64,000 nt of DNA from contig JAYRXX010000025.1 in the NCBI GenBank assembly GCA_041917295.1, positions 51,275-115,274 of the forward strand, written 5' to 3'. The notes beneath the pieces are model-generated. The model saw only the letters and a program-made list of their open reading frames with translations. It had not been told where the DNA came from and did no database searches. Of the stretch, positions 55,505-64,000 are shown one piece after another. The position numbers and the translations under genes are program-made. This stretch comes from Elusimicrobiota bacterium. Its GTDB lineage: Bacteria; Elusimicrobiota; Elusimicrobia; FEN-1173. Position 1 is the first letter of the stretch, and each line of letters opens with the position of its first letter.

Positions 55505-56530
55505 ATGACAACCGCCTTGGCTGATTTACCCACCACATTTCGCGGGTTTGATTTTGAAAAACCCATTTTGGATCTGGAAGAACAGATTCAAGCGTTGGAG
55601 AGGACCGCCCAGGAAAACCCGGCCGTGGAAATGGCCGAGGAGATTAAGGGCCTTCGTCAACGCCTGGAAGAATTGCGTCGGGATACGTATGGAAAGTTGA
55701 CCCCCTGGCAACGGGTTCAGATTGCGCGCCATCCCCGCCGTCCTTACACACTGGATTTTCTTGAACGGGTGTTCACAGGGTTTATCGAGATGCACGGCGA
55801 CCGGCATTTTGCCGATGACAAGGCGATTGTGGGGGGGGGCGCCTATTTGGACGGTCGCCCGGTGATGGTCATGGGCCACCAGAAAGGCCGAACGCTTCAA
55901 GATTCCATGGCCCGCAACTTCGGGATGCCCCATCCGGAAGGGTATCGCAAAGCCTTGCGCCTGATGCGGATGGCCGACAAGTATAAAATGCCGATTATTA
56001 CGTTTATCGACACAGCGGGGGCTTACCCGGGGATCGGGGCGGAAGAGCGGGGCCAAGCCACGGCCATTGCGGAAAATTTGCGGGAAATGTCCCAGTTCAC
56101 GGTTCCCATTGTGTGTTGCGTGATCGGAGAGGGCGGATCCGGGGGGGCGTTGGCGTTGGGTGTGGCGGACAAAATTTTGATGTTGGAGAACGCTTACTAT
56201 TCGGTGATTTCTCCCGAAGGGTGCGCCTCAATTTTGTATCACGACGCGGCCCAGGCGCCGGAAGCGGCTCGGGCCTTGAAAATCACCGCGCCCGATCTGA
56301 AAGAGTTGGGCGTGATCGACGACATTTTGCCGGAACCGTTGGGCGGCGCCCATCACGACCAGGACGCCTGCGCGGCCACTGTTAAAGCGGCTTTGCTGGG
56401 CGCGTTGGATTCCTTGAAAGGGGTTGCCGGCGAGGCGCTGTTGGCCCAACGCTACGAGAAGTTCCGTCGGATCGGGCGCTTTTCGTCACCGGACAAACCC
56501 CGCGCCGCGTCGCCCCGAAAGAAAAAGTAG
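55505..56530 (+). CDS. accA: Acetyl-CoA carboxylase carboxyltransferase alpha subunit
   Basis: Conserved AccA core (FGMPHPEGYRKALRLMRMADKYKMPIITFIDTAGAYPGIGAEERGQA); 341 aa. Confidence 0.92.
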   Translation: MTTALADLPTTFRGFDFEKPILDLEEQIQALERTAQENPAVEMAEEIKGLRQRLEELRRDTYGKLTPWQRVQIARHPRRPYTLDFLERVFTGFIEMHGDRHFADDKAIVGGGAYLDGRPVMVMGHQKGRTLQDSMARNFGMPHPEGYRKALRLMRMADKYKMPIITFIDTAGAYPGIGAEERGQATAIAENLREMSQFTVPIVCCVIGEGGSGGALALGVADKILMLENAYYSVISPEGCASILYHDAAQAPEAARALKITAPDLKELGVIDDILPEPLGGAHHDQDACAATVKAALLGALDSLKGVAGEALLAQRYEKFRRIGRFSSPDKPRAASPRKKK

Positions 56531-56586
56531 ATTTCCCGCGGGGCGGTCTTTAAACCCTTTTTTTCATCCCGAGGAGGATTGAAACC

Positions 56587-57663
56587 ATGAGTGGATCAGA
56601 AAGCGGAATTAAGAAAGTCTCTGTTGCGGAACTGCTCGGCAAAGACGCCGAAAACCTATTGACGTACAAGGCCAAAGTGCCCGCGTCGCGGTTGCATTTG
56701 CCCGGCGCGGACCATGTGGACCGCGTGTGGCTCTATTCCGACCGGAAAGCCCCGGTCCTTCGCAACCTTCAAAACTTGATTGAAAACGGGCGGATGAAGG
56801 GGACCGGTTACGTGTCGATTCTTCCCGTGGACCAGGGCATCGAACATTCCGGTGGCGCGTCGTTTGCGCCGAACCCGGACTATTTCGATCCGGAAAACAT
56901 CATTAAGCTCGCCATCGAGGGCGGATGCAACGCGGTGGCGTCCACCTACGGGGTGTTGGGCGCGGTGGCTCGAAAATACGCCCACAAAATTCCTTTCATG
57001 CTGAAAATCAACCACAACGAGTTGATGTCGTTGCCCCAGGTGCCGGACCAGACCATGTTCACGAAAGTCAAACAGGCCTTCGACATGGGGTGCACGTCCA
57101 TCGGCGCCACCATTTACTGGGGATCCGTGGAAAGCCGCCGCCAATTGCAAGAGGTGTCTGAAGCGTTTGCCCAGGCCCATGAGCTGGGGATGTTCACGGT
57201 GTTGTGGTGCTACGCCCGCAACAACGCCTTTAAGACCGCGGAAAAAGACTATCACGTCTCGGCGGACATCACCGGTCAAGCCAACCACTTGGGTGTGACC
57301 ATTGAAGCCGACATCATCAAACAAAAACTTCCGGAAAACAACGGCGGTTACAACGCCGTGAAGTTCGGCAAAACCAGCCCGAAAGTTTATTCCGATCTGA
57401 CCACCGATCATCCCATCGACTTGTGCCGGTACCAGGTTCTCAACTGTTACGCGGGCCGGGCGGGACTGATCAACTCGGGGGGCGAATCCAAGGGCGCGTC
57501 GGATTTGGCGGACGCCGTTCGCACGGCCGTCATCAACAAACGGGCCGGCGGCATGGGCCTCATTTCCGGCCGCAAAGCGTTCCAACGTCCATTGAAAGAA
57601 GGCGTGGCGCTCTTGAACGCCATTCAGGACGTGTACCTGGATAAATCGGTCACGATCGCGTAA
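56587..57663 (+). CDS. Class I fructose-bisphosphate aldolase (FbaB/DhnA type)
   Basis: 358 aa; ILPVDQG...K at about residue 240 in a TIM-barrel pattern similar to E. coli FbaB (about 350 aa); adjacent to PPi-PFK. Confidence 0.7.
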   Translation: MSGSESGIKKVSVAELLGKDAENLLTYKAKVPASRLHLPGADHVDRVWLYSDRKAPVLRNLQNLIENGRMKGTGYVSILPVDQGIEHSGGASFAPNPDYFDPENIIKLAIEGGCNAVASTYGVLGAVARKYAHKIPFMLKINHNELMSLPQVPDQTMFTKVKQAFDMGCTSIGATIYWGSVESRRQLQEVSEAFAQAHELGMFTVLWCYARNNAFKTAEKDYHVSADITGQANHLGVTIEADIIKQKLPENNGGYNAVKFGKTSPKVYSDLTTDHPIDLCRYQVLNCYAGRAGLINSGGESKGASDLADAVRTAVINKRAGGMGLISGRKAFQRPLKEGVALLNAIQDVYLDKSVTIA

Positions 57664-57751
57664 ATAACATCTTGTCAGACCCCCGCGCGTCGACGGTCAA
57701 CGCCGGCGCGCGGGGGGATTTTTTCCCAATCTCTTGTTGAGGTCCTTTCCC

Positions 57752-59434
57752 ATGGCAACCATCAAATCCGAACTTCAGTTGGAACGATCCAAATTCAAGC
57801 CGACGCTTCCGTCGGTTCTCCGGTCGGGCCCGGCGGGGGTTGTGCCGCGTCTGGGCAAACCCACCCAGAGTGTCTCGGATCAAGAGACCCTACGGGGTAT
57901 TTTTCCCAATACCTACGGTTTGCCGTTGGCGTTGCTGACCAAGGGCCGAAACCCGGCGGTGGGAAAAAAGCCGTTTCGGCTGGGGATCGTTTTTTCGGGG
58001 GGGCAGGCGCCGGGGGGGCACAACGTTTTGGCGGGACTGTTCGACGCGCTCAAAAAAGCGAACCCCAAGAACAAGCTCATCGGATTTATCGGCGGGCCCT
58101 CGGGGATTTTGGACAACAAACAAATGGAGATCACCGCGGCGGTGGTGGACAATTACCGCAACACCGGCGGGTTCGATATGATCCAGTCCGGCCGGACAAA
58201 GATCGAAACACCCGAACAGTTGGCGACAGCGAAAAAAACCATCGAACAAACAACGGAAGCCAATCGGCTCGACGGCTTGGCGGTGGTGGGGGGCGACGAT
58301 TCCAACACCAACGCGGCGCTTCTGAGCGAATATTTTAAAAAAGAAGGGGTGAAGGTCAGCGTGATCGGCGTGCCCAAAACCATCGACGGGGATTTGAAAA
58401 ACAGCGAAATCGAAGCGTCGTTTGGGTTCGACACGGCAACAAAAATTTATTCGGAACTGGTGGGGAATATTTGCCGCGACGTCTTGTCCGCGCGGAAATA
58501 TTGGCACTTCGTGCGGTTGATGGGTCGAAGCGCCTCCCACATCACGCTGGAAGTCGCGTTGAAAACCCGTCCCAATCTGGCGTTGATCGGCGAGGAAGTT
58601 CTGGCGCAAAAAATGACGCTGGCTCAGGTGGTGGATCAAATTGCGCAGGCGGTGGCCCGTCGAGCGGAAGCGAAAAAGAATTACGGTGTTGTCCTTATTC
58701 CGGAAGGCCTCATTGAGTTCATCCCTGAAATGAAAGAGCTGATTTCCGGCTTGAACGACACCTTGGCCGCCCACGAACCCCGGCTGGCCGCGGTGAACAG
58801 CTTTGAGGAAAAACGCGACATCGTGGCGGGGGCCCTCCCCGCTCCGTTGGCCGCTCTGCTTCAATCGTTGCCGCAAAGTTTCCAGGCCCAGTTGATGTTG
58901 GACCGGGACCCTCACGGGAATGTGCAGGTGTCCCAAATTGAAACGGAAAAATTGCTGGTGGAAATGGTGAAGGCCCGCCTGGCCGCGTTGGCGGTGAAAG
59001 GGAACTACAGCGGAAAATTCGCCGCCATCACGCACTTCTTCGGTTACGAGGGCCGGTGCGGCGCGCCATCGAACTTTGACGCCACCTACTGTTACGCCCT
59101 CGGCTACAACGCGGCGGTGTTGGCGTTGAACGGGCTGTCGGGATATTTGTCGTCGATCAAGAACCTCATTAAGCCCGCGGCCCAGTGGGTTCCCGGCGGC
59201 GTTCCGCTCACCGCCATGATGAACGTGGAACGCCGGAAAGGCAAAGACAAGCCGGTCATTCAAAAGGCGTTGGTTCTGTTGGACGGCGGCCCGTTTAAGG
59301 CCCTGGCCAAAATTCGGGAGTCCCTGGTGTTGGAAGACGGTTACGTCTATCCGGGTCCCATCCAATACTTCGGCCCGTCCGTGGTCACGGACATGACCAC
59401 AAAAACCCTTCAGTTGGAGTCGTCCAAGCGATAA
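57752..59434 (+). CDS. pfp: Pyrophosphate--fructose-6-phosphate 1-phosphotransferase (long-form PPi-PFK)
   Basis: PFK motifs GIVFSGGQAPGGHNV and GGDDSNTNAALL (Asp in place of the ATP-PFK Gly, indicating PPi dependence); MGR motif; 560 aa. Confidence 0.88.
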   Translation: MATIKSELQLERSKFKPTLPSVLRSGPAGVVPRLGKPTQSVSDQETLRGIFPNTYGLPLALLTKGRNPAVGKKPFRLGIVFSGGQAPGGHNVLAGLFDALKKANPKNKLIGFIGGPSGILDNKQMEITAAVVDNYRNTGGFDMIQSGRTKIETPEQLATAKKTIEQTTEANRLDGLAVVGGDDSNTNAALLSEYFKKEGVKVSVIGVPKTIDGDLKNSEIEASFGFDTATKIYSELVGNICRDVLSARKYWHFVRLMGRSASHITLEVALKTRPNLALIGEEVLAQKMTLAQVVDQIAQAVARRAEAKKNYGVVLIPEGLIEFIPEMKELISGLNDTLAAHEPRLAAVNSFEEKRDIVAGALPAPLAALLQSLPQSFQAQLMLDRDPHGNVQVSQIETEKLLVEMVKARLAALAVKGNYSGKFAAITHFFGYEGRCGAPSNFDATYCYALGYNAAVLALNGLSGYLSSIKNLIKPAAQWVPGGVPLTAMMNVERRKGKDKPVIQKALVLLDGGPFKALAKIRESLVLEDGYVYPGPIQYFGPSVVTDMTTKTLQLESSKR

Positions 59435-59454
59435 CGTCGCGCGGGGAGGCGGGT

Positions 59455-59874
59455 TTGATTCACGAATTGGACTTTCGGGTTTCCTACGCGGACACGGACA
59501 AAATGGGCGTGGTGTATTACGCCAACTATTTGGTCCTGTTCGAGCGGGGACGAACGGAAATGATGCGGGAGTTGGGGCTTCGCTACCGGGATCTGGAGGA
59601 GAAAAACATTTTTCTTCCGGTGATGGACGCGCGGGTAACCTACTTGGCTCCGGCCCATTACGACGATCTTCTTAAAATCCGAACGTCTATTTCGGAACTG
59701 GGCCGGGCTTCCATGACGTTTGTTTATGAACTGGTGAACGCGGAAACCGGAAAAGTCATGGCCCGGGGCTACACGAAACATCCTTTCGTCAGCCAGGCGT
59801 GGAAGCCGGTGGCGGTCCCTCCTGAGGTAAAATCGATTCTGCTCCCGGCGGTTCGGCCTTCCCACGCCCAATGA
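59455..59874 (+). CDS. YbgC/4HBT-family acyl-CoA thioesterase
   Basis: HELDFRVSYADTDKMGVVYYANYLVLFERGR hot-dog-fold signature with catalytic Asp; TTG start after a GGGAGG RBS. Confidence 0.8.
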   Translation: MIHELDFRVSYADTDKMGVVYYANYLVLFERGRTEMMRELGLRYRDLEEKNIFLPVMDARVTYLAPAHYDDLLKIRTSISELGRASMTFVYELVNAETGKVMARGYTKHPFVSQAWKPVAVPPEVKSILLPAVRPSHAQ

Positions 59875-60689
59875 AACGGCGCGTTCGAACCAGGGAAACC
59901 GGCGACGCGCCTGCGGCAACCGTTTCATCCCCGCACGAAAACGTGCCCATTGACCTACTTCCTTCCGTTGCCAATCCAGAGAACGCAATCCCGACGGTTG
60001 GGCCCGGCGCGGATGTGGAACCCGACTATGTGGGTCACCGCAAACGGCTTCGCCAACGCTGGGAAACGGTCGGCGCCAAGGGGTTTCCCGACTACGAATT
60101 GCTGGAACTGTTGTTGACCTACGTTTTTGCCCGTTGCGACACGAAACCGTTGGCGAAAAAACTGTTGGAGAAATTTGGATCGTTCAAGGGGGTTTTGGAT
60201 GCGTCCCCCGAGGCTTTGGGGCAAGTCGAAGGCGCCGGGCAGGGAACCGGAACGTTTGTTTCCTTGATTCGCGGCGCCATGGAACGGTATTTTGAGACGG
60301 AAGCGCGCCGGACGGATTTGCTCAACTCTCCGGAAGCGGTGATCGCCTATTGCCGCGCTTCGTTGGAAGGCTTGGCCAACGAAGTGTTCGATGTGGTGTA
60401 TGTGTCCACCAAAAACCGCGTGATTCGCAAAGAGCGGTTGTCGGAGGGAACCATCGACCAGGCGGCCGTGTACCCGCGCCGGGTGGTGGCGGGGGCGTTG
60501 GCGGCCAACGCGGCGGGATTGGTGTTTGTGCACAACCACCCGTCGGGAGACCCCACGCCGTCCTTGGACGACAAGCGGTTGACCGCCCTTCTTTTGCAAG
60601 CGGCCAAAACGGTCAATATCGCCGTGTTGGATCACATCATTGTGGGCAACGGCCGCCACTACAGTTTTAGGGAGAAGGGTCTGTTGTGA
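59871..60689 (+). CDS. radC: RadC/JAB-domain (UPF0758) protein with an N-terminal extension
   Basis: HhH region (ELLELLLTYVFARCDTKPLAKKLLEKFGS) and JAMM-like HNHPSG(D) motif; ATGA-coupled to ybgC. Confidence 0.85.
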   Translation: MKRRVRTRETGDAPAATVSSPHENVPIDLLPSVANPENAIPTVGPGADVEPDYVGHRKRLRQRWETVGAKGFPDYELLELLLTYVFARCDTKPLAKKLLEKFGSFKGVLDASPEALGQVEGAGQGTGTFVSLIRGAMERYFETEARRTDLLNSPEAVIAYCRASLEGLANEVFDVVYVSTKNRVIRKERLSEGTIDQAAVYPRRVVAGALAANAAGLVFVHNHPSGDPTPSLDDKRLTALLLQAAKTVNIAVLDHIIVGNGRHYSFREKGLL

Positions 60690-61054
60690 GGGGAATAAGA
60701 TTTCTTTCTTTGTGGGCGCCCGTGGTTGTGTGGGCGGGGCTGATTTTTTTTGTTTCCTCCATACCGGATCACCGTCCGGCCGGATCAACGGGCCTTCCCG
60801 AATTGATGTCGCGCAAACTGGCCCATTTGCTGGAATACGGGGTCCTGGCCTATTTTGTGGCCCGGGCGTTATCCGGGATGGGGTGGGCGATTCGGCGCGT
60901 GTGGGCGGTGGGGCTCCTGCTCTGCGTTCTGTACGCGATTTCTGACGAAGTCCACCAGTCGTTCGTGCCCGGCCGGTTTGGAAAAGTGAGGGACGTGGCC
61001 TTGGATTCGTTGGGAGCGGCCTTGGTCATTTCCCTGTATGCCCGCCGAACCTAA
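60686..61054 (+). CDS. VanZ-like family membrane protein
   Basis: 122 aa with 3-4 TM helices and a SDEVHQSFVPGR motif typical of VanZ-like proteins; GTG start overlapping the radC stop. Confidence 0.7.
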   Translation: MRGIRFLSLWAPVVVWAGLIFFVSSIPDHRPAGSTGLPELMSRKLAHLLEYGVLAYFVARALSGMGWAIRRVWAVGLLLCVLYAISDEVHQSFVPGRFGKVRDVALDSLGAALVISLYARRT

Positions 61055-62219
61055 TTCCCTTTGCCCCCATTTTGGTGTGTGCGGCGGTTGTTCCACCCAA
61101 GATCTCCCCTATCCCGACCAGTTGGCCGAAAAAGAAGAAATTGTCCAGAGGGGCATCCGCCCCTTTTTCCCAAAAGCGATTCAGTCCATTGTGGCATCCC
61201 CGGACATTATTTATTACCGCAACAAAATGGAGTTTGCTTTTGGCGGGCTAAAAGATCAGCCTCCGCTTTTGGGCCTTCGGCAAAAAGGAAAATTTGACCG
61301 GATTGTGGACCTGACGGAATGCCGCCTTCAGTCCCCCGACGTGGGGCGGCTGCTGGCCGCTGTTCGGGCCTGGGCGGTGAAAGAGAACTTGCCTACCTAC
61401 CATTTGAGGTCCCACCGGGGATTTTTACGGTATCTGGTTGTGCGGGAAGGCAAAAACACGGGCCAACGGATGGTGTGTCTCGTGACGGCCGAAGGGGCGC
61501 TCCCGACAGAATCGTTTGTGGCCGCCCTTCAAGAAAGCGGGGTTCGCGTGGACACGGCTGTCTGGAGCGTGAACGCCGGTCTATCGGACGTGGCCTGGGG
61601 GGAAGAACGCGCGGTGCTTTTCGGGTCGGGACACATCGAGGACCGGCTGGGCCGGCTTTCGTTTCGAATTTCCCCTCGGACCTTTTTTCAAACAAACACC
61701 CGCGGGGCGGAACGGCTCTACCAAATCATTAAGGACGCACTTCCGGAATCCTGCCCCACACTCTTTGATGTTTATTGCGGGTCGGGATCCATCGGGCTGT
61801 TTTGCGCTGAGCGGGTAAAGAAATTGGTGGGAATTGAATTAAACGAGGTTGCGGTGACCGACGCCCGGTCCAACGCTGTATCTTTTGGGATCAACCACGC
61901 GGGCTTTCATGTCCTGGACGCGTCTGTTTTTGCAAAATCCCCCGAATTTTTGGAAGCCTGGAAATCTCCGGGCGCTGTGGCCGTGATGGACCCGCCCCGG
62001 CCCGGGTTGTCGGCCGACGTCCGAAAACTGTTATTGGATCATCCCATCGAATCGTGGGTGTATGTGTCTTGCAACCCCGAAGCCCTGGCCCGGGACCTGG
62101 CGGTTTTGTGTCCCACGTATCGCGTCGAATCGGTTCAACCGGTGGACCTGTTCCCTCACACGCCCCACGTGGAAACGGTGGTCCAACTGCGAACCAAAGA
62201 GTACAAAGTCAAGACTTGA
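61038..62219 (+). CDS. 23S rRNA (uracil-5)-methyltransferase RlmD/RumA-like (TrmA family) with an Fe-S cluster
   Basis: CPHFGVCGGCSTQ 4Fe-4S Cys cluster; SAM-binding DVYCGSGSIGL; catalytic region near the C-terminus (VYVSCNPEALARD). Confidence 0.85.
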   Translation: MPAEPNSLCPHFGVCGGCSTQDLPYPDQLAEKEEIVQRGIRPFFPKAIQSIVASPDIIYYRNKMEFAFGGLKDQPPLLGLRQKGKFDRIVDLTECRLQSPDVGRLLAAVRAWAVKENLPTYHLRSHRGFLRYLVVREGKNTGQRMVCLVTAEGALPTESFVAALQESGVRVDTAVWSVNAGLSDVAWGEERAVLFGSGHIEDRLGRLSFRISPRTFFQTNTRGAERLYQIIKDALPESCPTLFDVYCGSGSIGLFCAERVKKLVGIELNEVAVTDARSNAVSFGINHAGFHVLDASVFAKSPEFLEAWKSPGAVAVMDPPRPGLSADVRKLLLDHPIESWVYVSCNPEALARDLAVLCPTYRVESVQPVDLFPHTPHVETVVQLRTKEYKVKT

Positions 62220-62240
62220 CCCCTTTGACCTCTGCTGGGG

Positions 62241-64000
62241 CTACTCGCCCAATTGGTTAAGGGCTTCTTTGAGGTCGGCGTCGTGGGTGTGGCTTTCCAG
62301 CCGGGCACTGAGGCTGTAGGCGCAGGGAACCACGAACAACGTCAGCAGGGCGGACACCGAGACGCCCCCGATAATCACCAAGGCCATGGGCACCCGGGTT
62401 TCGGCGCCGGGGCCCAACGCCAACGCCGGGGGAATCGCCGCCGCTACCGTGGAAACCGTGGTCATCAAAATCGGCCGCAGTCGGATCGGGCAGGCGTCCA
62501 TCAGGGCCGTTCGAACGTCCATCCCCTGTTTGGTCCGTCGTTCGTTGGTGAAGTCCACCAACATAATCGAATTTTTTTTCACAATCCCCATCAGCAGAAC
62601 GATCCCGATCATGCTGAACATGTTGAGCGATTGATCGCCGATCCAGAGCGCCAGCACCGCCCCCGTGACGCTGAACGGCAGGGCGACCAGCACCAGGATC
62701 GGATGGATGAAACTGTTGAACTGCGACCCCAGAACCATGTAGGCGATCACCACACCCAGTACCAGCGCCACCGCCAAGCCCAGGAAAGCTTCTTGGAACG
62801 TTTCCGACGCGCCGGAAAAGACCATTTTGACCCCTTCCGGCAATACCTCTTTTTCTATTTTCCGAACCGCGGCCAACGCGTCGGCCTGGGATTTGCCGGT
62901 GGCCACGTTGGCGAACAGGCGGATCGCGCGGGAGCGATTTTCACGGGTGATGGAGAGCAGTGTTTTTTTCTCTTGCACCGTGACCACGTCGGCCAAGGGG
63001 ACCACTTGGCCGCGGTTGTTGCGCACGCGGATTTTGTTGATGTCCGTCGGGTTGTTTCGATCGATTTCCGAGAAACGCACGCGCACGTCGTAGCGCCGGC
63101 CGCCCCGGGAAAATTTGCCCACCCGTTGTCCGCCCAAAGTGGCGTTGACGGTTTCGCCGATGGCCGACACGCTCACGCCTCGTTCGGCGGCGGCCGCCCG
63201 GTTGGGAAATATTTGAACCTCCGGCATGCCCAGTTCGTAGTTGGAGTCCACGTCCACCATCAGGCCGGTTTCTTTCATTTTGGTTTTAACGATTTCGCTT
63301 ACCCGGGCCAGCTCGTCCCAATCGCGGCCGCGGAGGGAAAGGTCCACGGGAAACCCCGGTTCGGCTCCCCCGCCCGCAACGGACAAATCCTGCAAGAGCG
63401 CTTTTTGGACACCCGGGATTTGGTTGAGCGCGTCACGGAAAATGTCCATTAATTCCTGCTGGGAAAACGGTTTTTTCCGGCCTGGCTCTACGGGTCGTCG
63501 GGAAGGATCTTTGAGCGTGATGAACATGAACGCCGAATTGATTTCGCCTCCTTCAAAGCCGCCCACGGCGGCGTAGTATCGTTCCACCTCGCCTCGGGCC
63601 AGGGTGTAGGCCTCCGCCTTTTTCAAGGTGTCGTCGGTAAAGGCCAGGGAAGAACCTACCGGCGTTTGAAGCCGGACGAACAGCATGCTTTGGTCCTGGG
63701 GCGGCATCAGCTCTTTTTTGATCGGCTTAAAGAGGAAGAGGGAGGCCACGAAAATGAGCAAGGAGACGCCCACCACCTTCCAGCGGTTGTTGAGGCATCG
63801 GTTCAAGGCTGTCTTATACCACCGTGTGAGAACGGCCATGAGTTTGTCCATGGATCGGGATACAATTCCGCCGTGGCCGACCGCTAAAAATTGGGAACAG
63901 CGCATGGGCGCCAACGTCAGGGCTTCCAATAAAGAAAGCATCACCGCGGCGGAAATAGTCATGCCAAACTGGAAAAAGTATTTGCCGATCACCCCTTTAA
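62241..64000 (-). CDS. RND (AcrB/HAE1-type) efflux transporter, C-terminal about 585 aa; the gene continues beyond the window end
   Basis: Multiple TM helices and an RND periplasmic-loop pattern; stop at 62241; no in-window start codon is consistent with full length (about 1030 aa). Confidence 0.85.
   Translation of the reverse strand, partial: KGVIGKYFFQFGMTISAAVMLSLLEALTLAPMRCSQFLAVGHGGIVSRSMDKLMAVLTRWYKTALNRCLNNRWKVVGVSLLIFVASLFLFKPIKKELMPPQDQSMLFVRLQTPVGSSLAFTDDTLKKAEAYTLARGEVERYYAAVGGFEGGEINSAFMFITLKDPSRRPVEPGRKKPFSQQELMDIFRDALNQIPGVQKALLQDLSVAGGGAEPGFPVDLSLRGRDWDELARVSEIVKTKMKETGLMVDVDSNYELGMPEVQIFPNRAAAAERGVSVSAIGETVNATLGGQRVGKFSRGGRRYDVRVRFSEIDRNNPTDINKIRVRNNRGQVVPLADVVTVQEKKTLLSITRENRSRAIRLFANVATGKSQADALAAVRKIEKEVLPEGVKMVFSGASETFQEAFLGLAVALVLGVVIAYMVLGSQFNSFIHPILVLVALPFSVTGAVLALWIGDQSLNMFSMIGIVLLMGIVKKNSIMLVDFTNERRTKQGMDVRTALMDACPIRLRPILMTTVSTVAAAIPPALALGPGAETRVPMALVIIGGVSVSALLTLFVVPCAYSLSARLESHTHDADLKEALNQLGE

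Noticed and set aside
1-64000. CRISPR array, cas genes, restriction-modification, toxin-antitoxin, transposase or integrase genes
   Set aside because: I searched for regularly spaced short direct repeats with unique spacers and for Cas, IS or integrase protein motifs in the ORF track and found none. The only tandem repeats (52048-52343) are 148-bp units with no unique spacers.

Overview
High-GC (~62%) bacterial chromosomal window. It is mostly densely packed, largely + strand housekeeping genes, several of them translationally coupled by ATGA/GTGA overlaps: trxA, tlpA-like, polA, mutM, coaE, an IDH-family dehydrogenase, ndk, nfu, rho, rpmE, prfA, prmC, murA, accA, a class I aldolase, PPi-PFK, ybgC, radC and rlmD-like. 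Embedded in this backbone are several non-routine elements. (1) A lower-GC two-gene module on the minus strand (11121-12370) encoding a histidine-kinase-like ATPase with an unrecognised N-terminal domain plus a small STAS-like protein, with an AT-rich palindromic promoter. (2) An orphan 1334-aa secreted giant protein preceded by a 13-G homopolymer tract. (3) Two inverted copies of a ~167-bp palindromic MITE-like element (9254-9420 and 20953-21120) bracketing an 11.5-kb housekeeping block. (4) A Cu/Ag-type CusCBA efflux operon with palindromic operators, a metal-binding adaptor and an HMA-like protein. (5) A large envelope cluster (33266-48100) comprising a 1966-aa Ig-repeat surface protein with a T9SS/FlgD-Ig-type C-terminal sorting domain, a FadL/PorV-like barrel carrying its own FlgD-Ig-like C-terminus, a 1007-aa TPR lipoprotein-like protein, ExbB-ExbD-ExbD-TonB and a degenerate OmpA-like protein. 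(6) tRNA-Leu(CAA) and tRNA-Pro(TGG), each accompanied by duplicated tRNA fragments: two tandem 148-bp units upstream of tRNA-Pro, and a 27-bp 3'-end duplication plus hairpins beside tRNA-Leu. No CRISPR array, transposase or integrase is visible. The FlgD-Ig/T9SS-type sorting domain and the ExbB-ExbD-ExbD-TonB-TPR arrangement suggest an FCB-superphylum-like or candidate-phylum lineage, but this is inference only.
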